From: Saprolegnia diclina VS20
Taxonomy: Eukaryota
Reading direction: 5' to 3'
DNA length: 64,000 bases
Assembly: GCF_000281045.1 (NCBI RefSeq)
Contig: NW_008246104.1
Location: forward strand, 222,557 to 286,556
The notes below the pieces were generated by a model that did no database searches, was not told the DNA's origin, and saw only the letters and a program-made list of their open reading frames with translations. Position 1 is the first letter of the stretch; every line of letters begins with the position of its first letter. The translations under genes and the position numbers were made by a program. This document shows, in pieces, positions 11,191 through 23,642 of this stretch.

Positions 11191-14100
11191 CTACTTGCGC
11201 ACAACCTCGACGTACGTCGACGCAGCGTCTTTTCGGACCTTGAGCAGTGTTGTCGCCTGGAAATGACCTCCGTACAGCACCACAAATAATACCGCCGAGG
11301 TACCTTGGCATGCACGCTCTACGACACGTTGTGATAGGACCGAGCTCCGAGTAGAGAGTGGGTACCTCGTGGTGCGAGATGCAAAAAACTTGGCTCTGGC
11401 CAAAGTGCGCCCAAATCAAGTCGGCAACGACAAGCTACCAGCAGCATGTACGTTGTGCGTGTTGGGATCAGTAAAGAAAGACCTGGTTGTGCTCGTCCAA
11501 TGCCGCGTCGATCTCATCGAGAATGTAGAGAGGCGATGCGCTGTAGTGTGCAAGCGCAAACACATAGGCCAGTCCTACAAACGACTAAGTTGCACCTTCA
11601 CATAGCGGCGTACCCAGCAGTGTCAGTTGACCGCCCGACAGCTCGCGCGTCGTTTGGCGTGATCCATTGACGGAAAAGTAGAGCCCACACTACGCCAGCA
11701 TAAGAAAGGTGCATCGTTTGGGTGTCGATACCTCGAGGGCCTCCGCTCGGGTGGCCTGCAATGTGGCGCTTTTCAGCGGTACGAGGCGAGAAAAGATGGC
11801 TTCGAACGTTGCGCCGACACTTGCAAAGGCGATTTCTTGGACTTTGGCGCTGAGATCCGAAGTCACCGAGATACCAGTCTCAAGGTTGGCAATCGAAACA
11901 TCGATGCTGGCCGCGTGGTCGCGGCACTCGACGAGCTTGTGTTGTTTGCGAGCAATCACTTCGGCGTTCACGTGCTGATGCTCCAGAGATCGGTCGTTCA
12001 CCAGCCGCGTCGAGCGTGCCTGCAGTTGCTGTAATTCGGTCTCCGTCGCCTCCATTTCAGCTAGAATCTATGCAATCGTGCAGCTCACTCTTTTTCACAC
12101 ACACAAGTACCTCGGCGCTGGATCGTGCGGTCGTGCTCGTGCCTTGTAGGCGTGACGAGGGTCGCTGTCGTGGCAGAGAAGTAGCAACCAGCGCCGCCTT
12201 TTTTTCGTTCCATTGGAGCAGCTCTTCTTCTTCGAGAGCCACCCGCATGTCCAGTTGACTTGGGTTGTTCTGATGAATATGTATATCCTTTGACGAGCCG
12301 AATACCGTTTGTCTTGCAGCAAGGTCCGATACACCTCGTGCTGGCTTTTGGCCGCACCAAGCTGCACTTCAAGGTCGGCGCGCTCTTGCTCCAGCGTACC
12401 GAGCTTGTCTTGGTGCTGAAGCACGTACGACTAGTCGTACTTGGTCAATGCTGTCAGCTATCTGGAAACGAGATAACCTTGGCGTCGTGAAGCGCTTGCT
12501 CCAGATCCGCAACTTCCTCTGCAAGTGTCTCACAGCGCTCGCCTGCTGCGCGAAGCTTGGCTTGTTGGAAGCGTCGTTCGTGCTCCAAAGCGTGCAGTTG
12601 GTCGTTTTTCGCTTGAAGGGAGCTAGAGAAGTATCAAGTCCCATCACACGACACACAACCTACGCGAGCACACGAGCGAGTTCTTGGTGCCAGTCGGGCG
12701 TCGTCGTTTTGCAAAAGGCTGTGCGACTCGTGCCGAGGTCCACAAAGACTCTGCGCTGGAGCTGATGGTGAACGGCTGCTTTTGCGTCTCGCTGTCGTGG
12801 ACACATCACGAAAGAATTCCAGTAGCACAACATGACATACCTTGAGTTCGATATGCTCCTCGTCAAGCTGTGCGCAACGCGCCTGGACGAGGGACTTTTC
12901 GTGCTCCAGTTGCTGAATCGTGTTCCTGATGCGCGATGGAATGCTATTCCAATCCAACAACTCTGGACGGCAACGTACTGAATGCGAGCGTGCTCGTCAC
13001 GGTGTCGCATTGCCTGCTCGTGGTCGTCATGGCGTTGAAGCAGCTCGGCCTCCCGACGACGCAAGAGCGACCTACGACAAAGAAATGATTTCCAAACAAG
13101 ACTTTGAGCAGGACGCACACGCGATCTGAAAGCGCATGCAGCTGCACCGCGTTCAAAAGACCCGTGGATCGGGCTTGGGCAGGGCTGCTCCCTCCGGTCA
13201 GCACCTACAGCTCATAGCAGGTGAGATGGAGCCGTTTGCTAAATGTACCCCGGAGCTGTGCATGTTGAGTGTCTTGGTGACACATGGAATGCCAAATCGC
13301 TGAAGAATGTGCTTGGCAGTCGCATCCGAGTCCACGAAGAGCCACGCCCCAAGGGCTAATGTGTGTGCGCTGGAAACGCAACAGGAGATAGACGGCTTAC
13401 CTCGACGATAGCAAGGCCAAAGCTCCAACGCACAATCATAATCTGACGAGAAGAGCTGGAGAGGATCGAGAATGCGATCCCCAAACTCGCGCTGGAGCTG
13501 GCTCCATTTTGAATCCCACGCGCGCGGACGAACTTGAAGCTGCGCGAGGGGCCTTGTGTCACAGAGTTTAGCGTCAAGGCTTGTGTTTGCAGATGTACCA
13601 GATCAAGAGACCACAACGCCGGTGATGTGCGTTCAGAATGCTTTTTGCCGTCTAGTAAACCGATACATGACGTCATATTCGGGTGTGCTATCGATGCCAT
13701 CCATACCTCTGCCGTATCGCATACGCGGTGAAGAAGTTGTCCATCAAGAACGAGACCCAAAGCTGGCCACCACGCCGAGAGGTGCGGCTGGAGTCGAAAG
13801 AGCGACACCAAGGCCCCGTAGTCCCCTATAGTTTTAAATTTGAGAATAAAGCATCCGACGCTTGACGCACCCGATCCTTGGCGCGGTGGCTGCGCGTGAA
13901 GGCCTGGGAAGTGGCGCATCTCATGGTCAGCGTACGTTTGTTGCTGCTGCTGCAGCTCTCGTCGAAGACGGTCCATATCGTTTGGAATAGTGCTTGTAGG
14001 AGCACGTTTCAGCGCCGCGCGGTCTGCGTGTGCGGCCTTTTGACGCAGGTCATCCATTTCCGTCTCAAGCTGAGCGAGCTCTGCGCGCATCGTCTCCATA

Positions 14101-15881
14101 GCAACCCCCTACGTGAGAAATGTTTGCGAAATGAACCCACACGCACCACTCAATTGCACTCACGTTCTCTGCGAGACGATTTGCAGAGCCCGATGCTAGC
14201 GGCACGTCACTGGCGTCCGCCATTTTTGCTTCAAGCGACTTGCGAATGCAACTCGTTGTATCGCTATGTCATGCTCAGATTTCAGAGGATGAAGTGTATG
14301 GACCACATACGGAGCTGTCCAAGGCTGCGCGTCTTTCACGAGCTTCGAGTACCAGGCAAGTGCTCGCCGCTCGAATGTCAGTTTGGCAATGATCTGTGCA
14401 AAAACCTTCAACTAAACATCCGACAATAAGAGTCATGTACCTGTTCCTGCGTGTCCATGGAGTCTCGGCTTGCATCCCGCTCGAGGCGCGCCACATCGTG
14501 ATCTTGACGCATGGCTTCAAGTTGGGTTTGCAGCGTCGTTTCTTGGGCTGTTGCTGCCGCAAGGACATACTTGACCTCTTCGATGGTTGACGAGCACCGC
14601 TCCATCGCATTCTCAATCACGTCGAGGGACTTCGGTGGCGTTTTCTTGACGAGTCGAGTGAGCTCGTCTTGCATTGCATGCTGTTGGCCATGCAAATCAT
14701 CCAGCGCTGCTTGGCACGTTTCAATGTGGTCGGTGATGGTGGCCAGCGCTCGCGCCGCCTCGGCTTCCACTAGAGATAAATGACAACCCGATACCACCAC
14801 CCACGTCTTGCTGTACGGGCCTGGCGCTTCTCGGTTTGAAGCCGCTGGAGCGACGCTTCTTGCAGCGCGATTGCATGTGTGAGCTGCAAGCACGTGAAGA
14901 ACTGCGCTCTCGGGAGGGGTACGTATACCTTTTGAAGGTCCACCTTGCGCGTAAACGCGGCAGTTTGGTGCTGCAGCGTTGCTTCCTAGAACCACGACGG
15001 GTATACTGCCATCCAATGTAGTCGTTGTGCCTACCAAGTGGGCAATGCTTGATTGGATTGCAGCGAGCGTCGGCTTGAACTTGGCGATCGCGAGGCTGGC
15101 GTCTTGACGACACTCGAGAAAGTACTTGGTGCCTGCTGCCTACAGCGCTTTGACGACACATCGATACATTGCAGAGCGAAGCAGACCTCACAGAGGTACG
15201 AGGCAAGTTCGTCTTCCTTCTTCAAGGCCTACAACTCGGTTCATACATGTGAGGGATGCTGCTGGGAATACCATCTTGTGCACGAGGTTTTGCTGGATGA
15301 GCCTGCTCGTCGTACCAGGTCGTGAGCTACTTGAAGCAGTGAGCATGCATGTACCACAGGGAGACGTCCATGTTGATGCCACAGGAAGCGCGAAGGAAGC
15401 GCTTCAACTCTACACCCAGCGTCTATCATGGCCCGTCGCCACCACTGCCAATGTACCTTTTTTGGCCTTGGCGCGGTTGTTGACGTAGTAGACGCGATGC
15501 CCCGACGGAGCGAGTGTCACGCCGACCGAGGCTTCTCCCTGGCCTAGTCCCATGACTTCCTCGTATCCTTGCGGACGAGACGACGTACTTGCAGTCGTGA
15601 GCGTCAGCTTGATGCTAGCTTCCTTCTCGGCGCAGTTGAGGAGGTCCTTCCACTGCTTCACGCGAAACGTGGCGAGGACGCTGCTGCCCATCGCGAAGCA
15701 GATGGCCTCGAGGAGGTTCGACTTGCCTACATCATGGAGCATGGTCGAGGCGCCCCTCGTTGCGCTCGTCCCGACCTGCTCCGTTCGGCCCCGTGATGCA
15801 GTTGACACCGGGGGAGAAGGCCATCGCGTGGCTTCCGCGGAAGCTCTTGAAGTTGGTCACGTGGAGCTGGGTGAGCTGCAT
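11191..15881 (-). CDS. Divergent SMC-family (SMC2-like) ATPase, many short introns
   Basis: N-head MQLTQLHVTNFKSF...ITGPNGAG|KSNLLEAICFAMG (Walker A split by an intron), coiled coils, hinge-like exons at ~13250-13830, C-head ELSGGQ, PLYILDEIDAALD, VFCISHH. Stop TAG at 11191-11193. Confidence 0.85.
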
Positions 15882-16142
15882 GAAGGGGGTCGTCCGCGCC
15901 GGCCGGTTGCGATATCGCGCGATCCCGGTAACTCTTCCACTGTCAAGATCGTGACTTGCGTTTTCTATGTGGATACAAGTTTCAAATGTCCATAATACAG
16001 AATTTACATTTTGTTTCAAATACCGTCAAATACACTGTCCCGGTTACGCGCGTGGCATGGCGCACCGTTGATTCAATAATGGAGGATTCATCAAGGGAGT
16101 TAGGTAGGATATCTAAATCTATAGAATGCTCTTGACTCTAGC

Positions 16143-17447
16143 TTATCTCGGGCGCAGCGGCGACTTGGGCGGCGATCGCGCCGGCGACTGCGGCGGGCTG
16201 TTGGATTGCTTCTGCGCAATGAGGTAGTCACCTTGCGGGTTGATGGTCGTCTTCTTGTTGGGCGCCGGGCGGCCGAGGCTTAGTCCTTTCCCGGGCATGA
16301 GCACCTTGATGCCCGCTTTCCGCATGTCGCCGAGGCTCGTGAGGATGCTGCTGCCTTCGCTGCGGAACCGGCCGGGTGACGCCGCACCGCCTTTCGGGAT
16401 CGAAGTCGACTCCTCGGTTTCGTCGGACGGAATTGCCGAGTTGATGGCGTTGCGCATAATGTCCTGGATCTCTTCCATGAAATCTTGCTGCGGGCCAATG
16501 ACGCTGCCGGGGCGACAGAGGCGCAACCAGCCAATGACCTCGCGCGCCGTAAACTGCTCGTGCTTCATCATGTAGCAGCCAATGCACGTGCCGGTGCGGC
16601 CCAGTCCGGCCTTGCAGTGAACCGCGACCGCGCCCGGCGTCTTTTCGGAGGCCTCAATGAACTGCTTGATGATCGACATGGGGGCGTTCGTGCCGTCGGG
16701 ATAGTACAGGTCGAGGTGGTCGATCCCCGCCGCGACGAACCGGCTCTTGTCGTAGCACTTGTCGTTGAGGCGCACGACCAGCGTCACGTTCTTCTGCTTG
16801 AAATACGGAATGTAGTGCTCCGGCGGCAGCGTGATCTGGCCGTTCTTGTTCGAGTACTTGTTGTGCGGGCCCGCAAACGCGATAAATTTGCGCGAGACCC
16901 AGCTCAAGTCGCCGTTCTCAACCTTCTCATAGTGCTGGTACTCGTCGACGTCAAAGGTCGACACATCAATGTAGTTGCTCTTCATGCCGCGCTCGAGGCC
17001 GTCGAGCACGTTCTTGACGCTGAGGTCGTACGAGCACTCGAAATCGGTTGCGTCATGGAAGGGCGGGAAGGTCTGGCGCTCAAACGGCGCATACGCTGTA
17101 GCCGCGTCGAGCTTCTGGAAGAGCATGGCCCAGCAGCAAAGAATGCAGACGGCATTCGCTCGGCGCTGGCCATTCGTGCTCGAGTAAAAGACGACCTTGG
17201 CGTTGGTTTTCGCGGCGTGCGCCAAGTGCTCGGCGATGATGTCGTTGAAGCGGAAGACGTGGCCAATGTTGAGCGGGCCAAAGTCGAGGCAGTAGTTCCA
17301 ATACACGAGCTGCGTGTCGATCGAGAAGAAGATCGTGTTGTCCTTGGCCTTGGGCTGCGACGCGACGGCCACGTAGTAGAGCTTCCCGGGTAAGAACTCG
17401 ATCGTTTGGCTAAGGTCCACGACCGAGCCCGCGCGCGTGACGGCCAT
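16143..17447 (-). CDS. CDC14: Dual-specificity protein phosphatase Cdc14
   Basis: DFGPLN, PFHDA, YEKVENGDLSW, AFAGP, catalytic HCKAGLGRTG and RPGSVIGPQQ. Intronless, 434 aa, C-terminal QGD motif. Confidence 0.97.
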   Translation of the reverse strand: MAVTRAGSVVDLSQTIEFLPGKLYYVAVASQPKAKDNTIFFSIDTQLVYWNYCLDFGPLNIGHVFRFNDIIAEHLAHAAKTNAKVVFYSSTNGQRRANAVCILCCWAMLFQKLDAATAYAPFERQTFPPFHDATDFECSYDLSVKNVLDGLERGMKSNYIDVSTFDVDEYQHYEKVENGDLSWVSRKFIAFAGPHNKYSNKNGQITLPPEHYIPYFKQKNVTLVVRLNDKCYDKSRFVAAGIDHLDLYYPDGTNAPMSIIKQFIEASEKTPGAVAVHCKAGLGRTGTCIGCYMMKHEQFTAREVIGWLRLCRPGSVIGPQQDFMEEIQDIMRNAINSAIPSDETEESTSIPKGGAASPGRFRSEGSSILTSLGDMRKAGIKVLMPGKGLSLGRPAPNKKTTINPQGDYLIAQKQSNSPPQSPARSPPKSPLRPR

Positions 17448-17645
17448 GCTAGCAAAGTTGGTTTGTGTCCCACGTCGCCCTCGTGCTTTGCAAAAGGCGG
17501 TTGAGGCGGACCGCCATTTCGCCGCTATTTGCGTTCAACGCCATTGTCGTTGAAGTTGGCGCGCTATTCATAGCGCGAACTATGCTCTCTGTGTAGTGTA
17601 CTAGTACGAGTTTAATTTCAAATTTTATAAATAAGTCGACGCCAT

Positions 17646-17924
17646 CTAGGCGACGTACGAGAGCGTTTCGAGGTACATGGCGATCGCTTGCAGCGTCAAT
17701 GGCTGCATCGCCTCCAAGTCGAGCTGAATTTCGTCGACAAAGTCCATTTGCCACAGCTGCCACGACGGCTCGCACTGCGCAATGATCTGGAGGAGCCCCA
17801 GCAGCGCTTCGCTTGAGAGGTTGGTGATGCGCTGGACGATGGCTTGCAGCTCGGTCGCGCTCGGCGTGCTCGGAAGCGTCGTCGTCGCCATTGTCGGCAT
17901 CATGCACTGGACTTGTGTTGCCAT
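17646..17924 (-). CDS. Small stand-alone ET/NET (BET extra-terminal) domain protein
   Basis: ELQAIVQRITNLSSEALLGLLQIIAQCEP...DEIQLDLEAMQPLTLQAIAMYL matches the ET-domain pattern. INR+FPR motif lies immediately upstream. Confidence 0.75.
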   Translation of the reverse strand: MATQVQCMMPTMATTTLPSTPSATELQAIVQRITNLSSEALLGLLQIIAQCEPSWQLWQMDFVDEIQLDLEAMQPLTLQAIAMYLETLSYVA

Positions 17925-17927
17925 GAG

Positions 17928-17943
17928 CAAATGAGAAAGTGAG
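17928..17943 (-). promoter_or_regulatory. Oomycete INR+FPR core promoter
   Basis: Minus strand CTCACTTTCTCATTTG directly upstream of the ET-domain ATG, resembling the YCAYTYY..WTTY consensus. Confidence 0.6.
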
Positions 17944-18151
17944 TAAAAGTAAAATGAATCAATTTGTTGGCGTAGCAGCAAAGAACGTTCCGGATACGCC
18001 GCTGGCGTTCGTGATCACAGGAATGCATGTCCATTCGAGCCAGAAGACCATCACTCAACACTATGATGGCACGCCGCCAACCCCATAATCGCTTGTCCAC
18101 CGCGCGTCGCAGGACAATACTCTTGGAGTGTGTTATCACTAACTGCTGCGA

Positions 18152-19706
18152 CTAACGGCGACCCGCGGCGATCGCGTGCTGCGTGTCGTGCACCTTTTGC
18201 ATGAGCGCGACACACATGAACTGCTTGCGCGCCATCTTGCGCACTTCCTACGTGCCATGAGCTCGAGACAACACTAGCGAAAGGTCGACCTTCAAGAAGA
18301 CACTGAGCTCGATCTCGCCGTTGGCAAGCGCGCGGTCCATAAAGTAGAGTGCGTCTTCGATTGCTTGTTGGTCGGCGTACGCGTCCAGTTGCCTGTACCA
18401 GTCCATAGTACTCGGAGGGATAGGGTATTGATTAGCGTACTGCTGCGAGAGTGCATCGGCCGGCACGAGCACTTCATCGACGTCCATCTCTTGCTACACA
18501 ATCGGAGTTTGAGTGTGTGCTAGGATTTCCAGAGCCATGCACCGACTTGATTTTCCTGCTCGGAGAGCCACTTGGTGACTTGGACGTCCGTGTCCTGGAT
18601 GTGCACGAGGGTTTGGTCGAGCTCGTGCTTGAGCTGCTGAAGCGACTGTTCGCCTTGCACCAAGACGTCTTGGCCGTGCGCAACGTCGCGCTGCGTTTCA
18701 AACTGCGTGTCGATTTCCTCTAAGTCGTCGTGAGGCGTCTACGATCACAGCAAACATGGACCGAACCTCGAATGCGCTTGTAGAGTTTTTGCATTTCATG
18801 CTGCAGCTTCTCGGTCGCTTCCGCCTTGAGCTTGATCGACGGGTCCGGCGCCGGCATCGGCGACGAGTACGCAGCGTACGAGGGCTAAAACGATTCAGAA
18901 ATGATGCCACAAAGCAAAAAAGTAAACTTGGTTGAAGCTCGGGCTCGTGTACTGGGCCGGCTGCTGCTGCTGGTACGGGTACTGGGCCGACGACGACGAC
19001 ATGGACTGCTCGTACGGGTTGGTGTACGAAGGCGTGTACGTTGGCTGCGGCGCAGGCTGGTTGGCCGGGCGCTTGTAGACGGGCGGCTGCGTCCCAAACA
19101 CCGAGCACTGGTACCTACATGGACGCCATCAGTGCTAGTAGAGCTTGCGCAATCGTATCGCACCCAATGAGCTCCACGAGGCTATGGTCGCTGTCCCAGT
19201 GCGTCGAGTACGGCAGCAAAATCAGACCGTTCTGGTCCACGTGCGGGTGGCCCGGCCGAATCTACGCATGGTCAGCGGTCGACAACGCACTTCACTCGCC
19301 TACCATCATATCGGCTGTTGGGCGCACGTAGCACGTCGGCGCGGCGAACGGGTACGCTTCCGGCATCCAAATCTCAACGGGGATGTTGTACTGGTTGCCA
19401 TTGTAGTAGATCGGGATCGTGCCCGAGAGGCTTAGCATGGTGCTAGAGCAAACATGTAGGCCAAGGGCCCATCTGCGCTCGCATACGCTACCTCGTTGTG
19501 CCATTGTTGTGCGTGTAGACGCCACTCTGCGGGGCGAGGGACGGGATTTGGCGGAGGAGCGTCTCGACGTCCTGGCGGACCCGCGTCGCGTCCTAGCGGT
19601 GCGCCGTCAGAGGTTTTCTTGGGGCGCAAGCATCGAGTACCGTGTAGGAGCGAAGTGATCCCATGATGCGCTCAAGGGCGACGACGTTGGTGTTGTACAT
19701 GGCCAT
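18152..19706 (-). CDS. VPS23: ESCRT-I subunit Vps23/TSG101 (UEV domain, Pro-rich linker, coiled coil, steadiness box); spliced
   Basis: LSLSGTIPIYYNGNQYNIPVEIWMPEAYPFAAPTCYVRPT (UEV); AIEDALYFMDRAL...LSVFLKEVRKMARKQF (SB domain). Confidence 0.93.
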
Positions 19707-20979
19707 CCTGCAGTCGGCTCGGGCGGCGGGAGGGGGCTGGAAACTGCGGCTGCCGTTCTGCGTTCCCGGAGTGTATGCGCGGAATGTAGGTACCCCATTT
19801 ATTTTGCACAATAGAAGACTTGGGATTTGTATGTGAAAGAAATGGTGCTTTCGATCGTGTTTGCCACTTGCCTGCAGAGGAGGGCGGGGGTTCGATCCCA
19901 CCCGTGCGGCACTAAACCGCATTTTCCGACGACTTCGACAAGATACTCCTCACTACAGACAACTTACTGCGCAAGGTGACACGAAATGTATCAGATCAAG
20001 GCGACACAGATGCTTGCAAGGCTACGGATGACATGAATTCGCGGCCCGTCACTGCGCACTCAGAGAGAAAGCGAACGCTCGAGTGCAACGTTTTGACTAG
20101 TGTTGTACACTGGGATTAGATGTGGGCGCAAAGCTTACGGAGCTGCTTGTTGACTCACCATCCTACAGCGTCGCGGGTCGTGCCCATATCACGCAAATAT
20201 TTGCGAAATCAACGACGCACCCCGGAATCCCATGCTGTGCCAGCGATCCCGCGCTCGAATTTCGCACCTGCACTGCTGTGCTGGTGCATTTTGGGCTGCC
20301 TGAACCTAGCGCACCGTTCTCGCCCATGCCCATAGATGAAGGTACTACTCACGCAATCTCCCCTGCACCCTTTTACATTAAAATTGGAGAATCTCGGTCA
20401 GTCTGGCCGTCGTTGGACCTACAATTTGAGAGCTCGACCTCTCACTTCAAAGCTCGAGCACATGCTTTCCAGGCTCAACCAATGTATCTGGCTTGCTTTG
20501 CCCTCTTCGCGCTGGTGTATTCTCACTCTATCGCACGTCGATTCTCCAAGTGTCAGCGCATAATGAAGGTGCACCGTTCCAGTTTAACTAGAATGTTATC
20601 AATGATGAGAATCTGAGACACGTTGCCTTCGAGAAGGGTGACGGACGACGTGTGGCTCATAGAGGCTGAGAGCGATGAGTCCGTCACGTGACAAGGCTGG
20701 CCGTCAGTGGACACGTGAGTCCATTCACCTTGCAGGACGCGCACGTGTGAGGCAACGCTGCCGTTGAGTGTGTAGCTCTAGCGCGTGGCAGATCGAAGTG
20801 GTTGCACGACGGGCTCCATGCGGAACCGAGGCATGTGATTGCGACCAAAGAGCGTGATAGGGACGAGATTACCCGGCGAAGAAAGCATGGAAATCCTACC
20901 ATGGCGCTGCCATATGCACGAATTCGCCAAGATACTAGGTATGGGAGCATCTTGCTGTACGGCGCTGCGACGCCAAATG

Positions 20980-20995
20980 TTCATTTCTGAATTGC
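20980..20995 (+). promoter_or_regulatory. Oomycete INR+FPR core promoter
   Basis: TTCATTTCTGAATTGC ~15 nt upstream of the Myb gene ATG at 21010. Confidence 0.65.
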
Positions 20996-21009
20996 CCACA
21001 ACCAAGACA

Positions 21010-21954
21010 ATGTACTCGACTGGCCGCTGGACCACCGAAGAGGTGCGTACGAGGCGCACCAGCGCACTCGGTCTCCAACGTTGCGGTCGTAGGATGAGCT
21101 CTTGCGACAACTCATTGAGCGTTACCAAGGCGCGCCCGTGTCGTGGATGGTGCGCGATCCTCCGACGTGAGATCTCAAGATCCTCATGGCGGCGTCGACT
21201 AGGACGTGGCGCGTGCGATGAAAACGCGCTCGCGACAGCAGTGCCAGCAGCGCTGGACGCGGAGCCTCAGGTAGCCATCCCGCCTCCACGCGAAGGGTCT
21301 CAAGCGCGTCGTGTAGCCAAGGTCGCCCCCAAGGGCACTGGAAGCGCGTCGAAGACGACATGCTCTACCTCATCATGTGGCCATCAACGTCGTGCGAGAA
21401 CTGGGACGAAGTCGCCCAGTGGATGGAAGCCTACCTCCCGTCGTGCCACCGCAGGTACGGCTGCATGCTTGAAACACCAATTTCCCATTTCGAGCCCAGT
21501 GCCAAGGCATGCCGCGACCGGTGGTGCAACTACCTAAGCCCCGACATCCGCACAGCGTACGCACGCCTGAGATTTTCGCCTCGTATACCAGCTCACTGGT
21601 GGTTTAGACCGTTTGCACCCGAGGAAATCGCCAAGATTGCCGAGTTGCTTCCGATTTCAAAGAGTTGGGCCAGTCTCGCGCGCCATTTGCCCGTACGTGT
21701 GCATCTTCTATAGCTACAAAGCTGATGCGGTGGACCAGGGTCGTCCGGCGCGGCTTATCAAGGAGGAGTGTCGAAAGCTTCGCTGGGACCGCCTCATGTC
21801 ACCGGGTATGTGTGAATCCTGCAGCACTCATCGATCTGAGAGTTGCGCAATAGGTCGTCCCCAGCGCGAGTCGACCCACCACACACCGTCGTTCTTGGAC
21901 GACGACTGGTTCCACATGCAGTTCCTCGACGGCGACTTTGTCGAGTTCAAGTGA
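21010..21954 (+). CDS. Three-repeat Myb DNA-binding protein (7 introns)
   Basis: Spliced: GRWTTEE|DELLRQLI...SWM|DVARAMKTRSRQQCQQRW...GHWKRVEDDML...NWDEVA...SAKACRDRWCNYLSPDI...PFAPEE...SWASLARHLP|GRPARLIK. Acidic/aromatic C-tail. Confidence 0.85.
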
Positions 21955-23642
21955 GCTTGGGCTCGAGCAATATGTATGAATTTCTGGATTTATGTGTTTT
22001 GTGGCCTTTTTTAACTATGTGAATGAAATTTGACGTGCATCGTAAGACCCCAGTTCTAGAATCTTCGTCTCCTCCAACATCGTACAAGTACTGCATTTGG
22101 AGCTCCAACGTGTCGGTAGAGAATTGGAATAGAGGTTCTAGAAGGAACAGGCATAGGCCAGCCCAACGCAGTACTGGGCAAGGTACATAATCCAACTCGT
22201 TTGCACCTTGGCTAGCAACAAGCGCGACGCCTGGACGTTCGATCGCACGTCGTGAACGATGCACACGACGTTGTGTCGACGACATCGATAACCGAGTCCA
22301 AAGCCCACCGGCTTTCGAACCGCGCAGCCAGCACCTGCGAACACAGACATGCGCACCGTGAACAAGACAACAAGACAACTCTGACACCTGTATGTGCTGT
22401 GCATGGCGGCTCGTATGGTCGGTGGCGATCTCTTCGCAACGCAAGCGCGGGCAAGAAATCCTACCATGTCCTCCTACCCTCCTACGATGCAGCAGCATAT
22501 GGCATGGTTTCATTTGGCCGCGCCGATCTGGTCGACAATGGACCGTGCATTGGAGGGAGCCGTAGTAGTGATATGAGGCCCTGTCGCTCAAGCCCGTGAC
22601 CACAGTACATTGTAGCAAACATGATACTACTGCGAGCTTCCGACGTACTAGTACCCCGATATGGAAATGCGTCGGTGGAGAATAAAAATCCCAGCCTCAC
22701 ATCGGAAGCAGCAAAATATCTCTTGGCGACAGGCTTCAAGTGCGTCCTGCAGCGCACTCGGGTCGATTGTGTCTTATACTCCTGGCCACATTGTATCAAG
22801 ACCTCTCCTGCAATCTGGGCGCAGTTGCTGCTCGATTTTACAAATACCGCCTGGCGCGTGGAACTGATACCTTGATACTTGATGTCACTGCTGGTGGTGC
22901 CACGTCATCAGGCATGAGCACTCCCAGCCAAGTAATTCCACACGGTAGCGGATACTATGCCAATAAAAACGTATTGGGTATGTAGCACGCATATAAGGCG
23001 TAGTGATTTCTTCACATCCTGCATGTAATTGCACGCAAAATACGAGGGCCATAACATGATTTTATGGCTGGAGACTCGAAGCACAGATTCTTCGTGCACA
23101 ACCCTCCTGTCCTTTGGCGCCATAGAGGCCATCATACTCTGCACGAGTACCCCATCGCGAGATTGTTTTCGCTACGAACACTATGATTTTTGCCGTCCGC
23201 GATGGGGGCAACTGCGTCGCAGGCACCGCGTGAGATTGTGATTATAAAAATTTGCAGCAAAGTTCTGAACAATCGACTGTTGACGTCAAGCGGTTGTACC
23301 AACCCTACTATAGATCAGTCTTCATGCAGTTCGTGGCCATCCATGTTATGGTATCTTTTGGCTTGCGCCAGAGCACGACAACGTTGCAGTTCGAAAGGCA
23401 AGTCGGTGATAATTGTTTTGTTCGAGGCGCTGATAGGGCCATTTTTCACACAGCAAGCTCGTCATTGGCCGCTGTCGAGCCAAATGAAGCGATTTCAACC
23501 CTACAATTCGACGGTAACAGTTGAGGGCAACTGGAATCATTCGACGGCATGTGATTTCGAACGTTCTTCACGGCATATACTACTCGTTGGCATTCAAGTC
23601 AAGCTAACACCCAAGCATCATTTTGCATTTAGCGTCCAACGC

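Noticed and set aside
22000..23600. Lower-GC spacer between the Myb genes, possibly a transposon relic
   Set aside because: No terminal repeats and no transposase or RT motif identifiable by eye.
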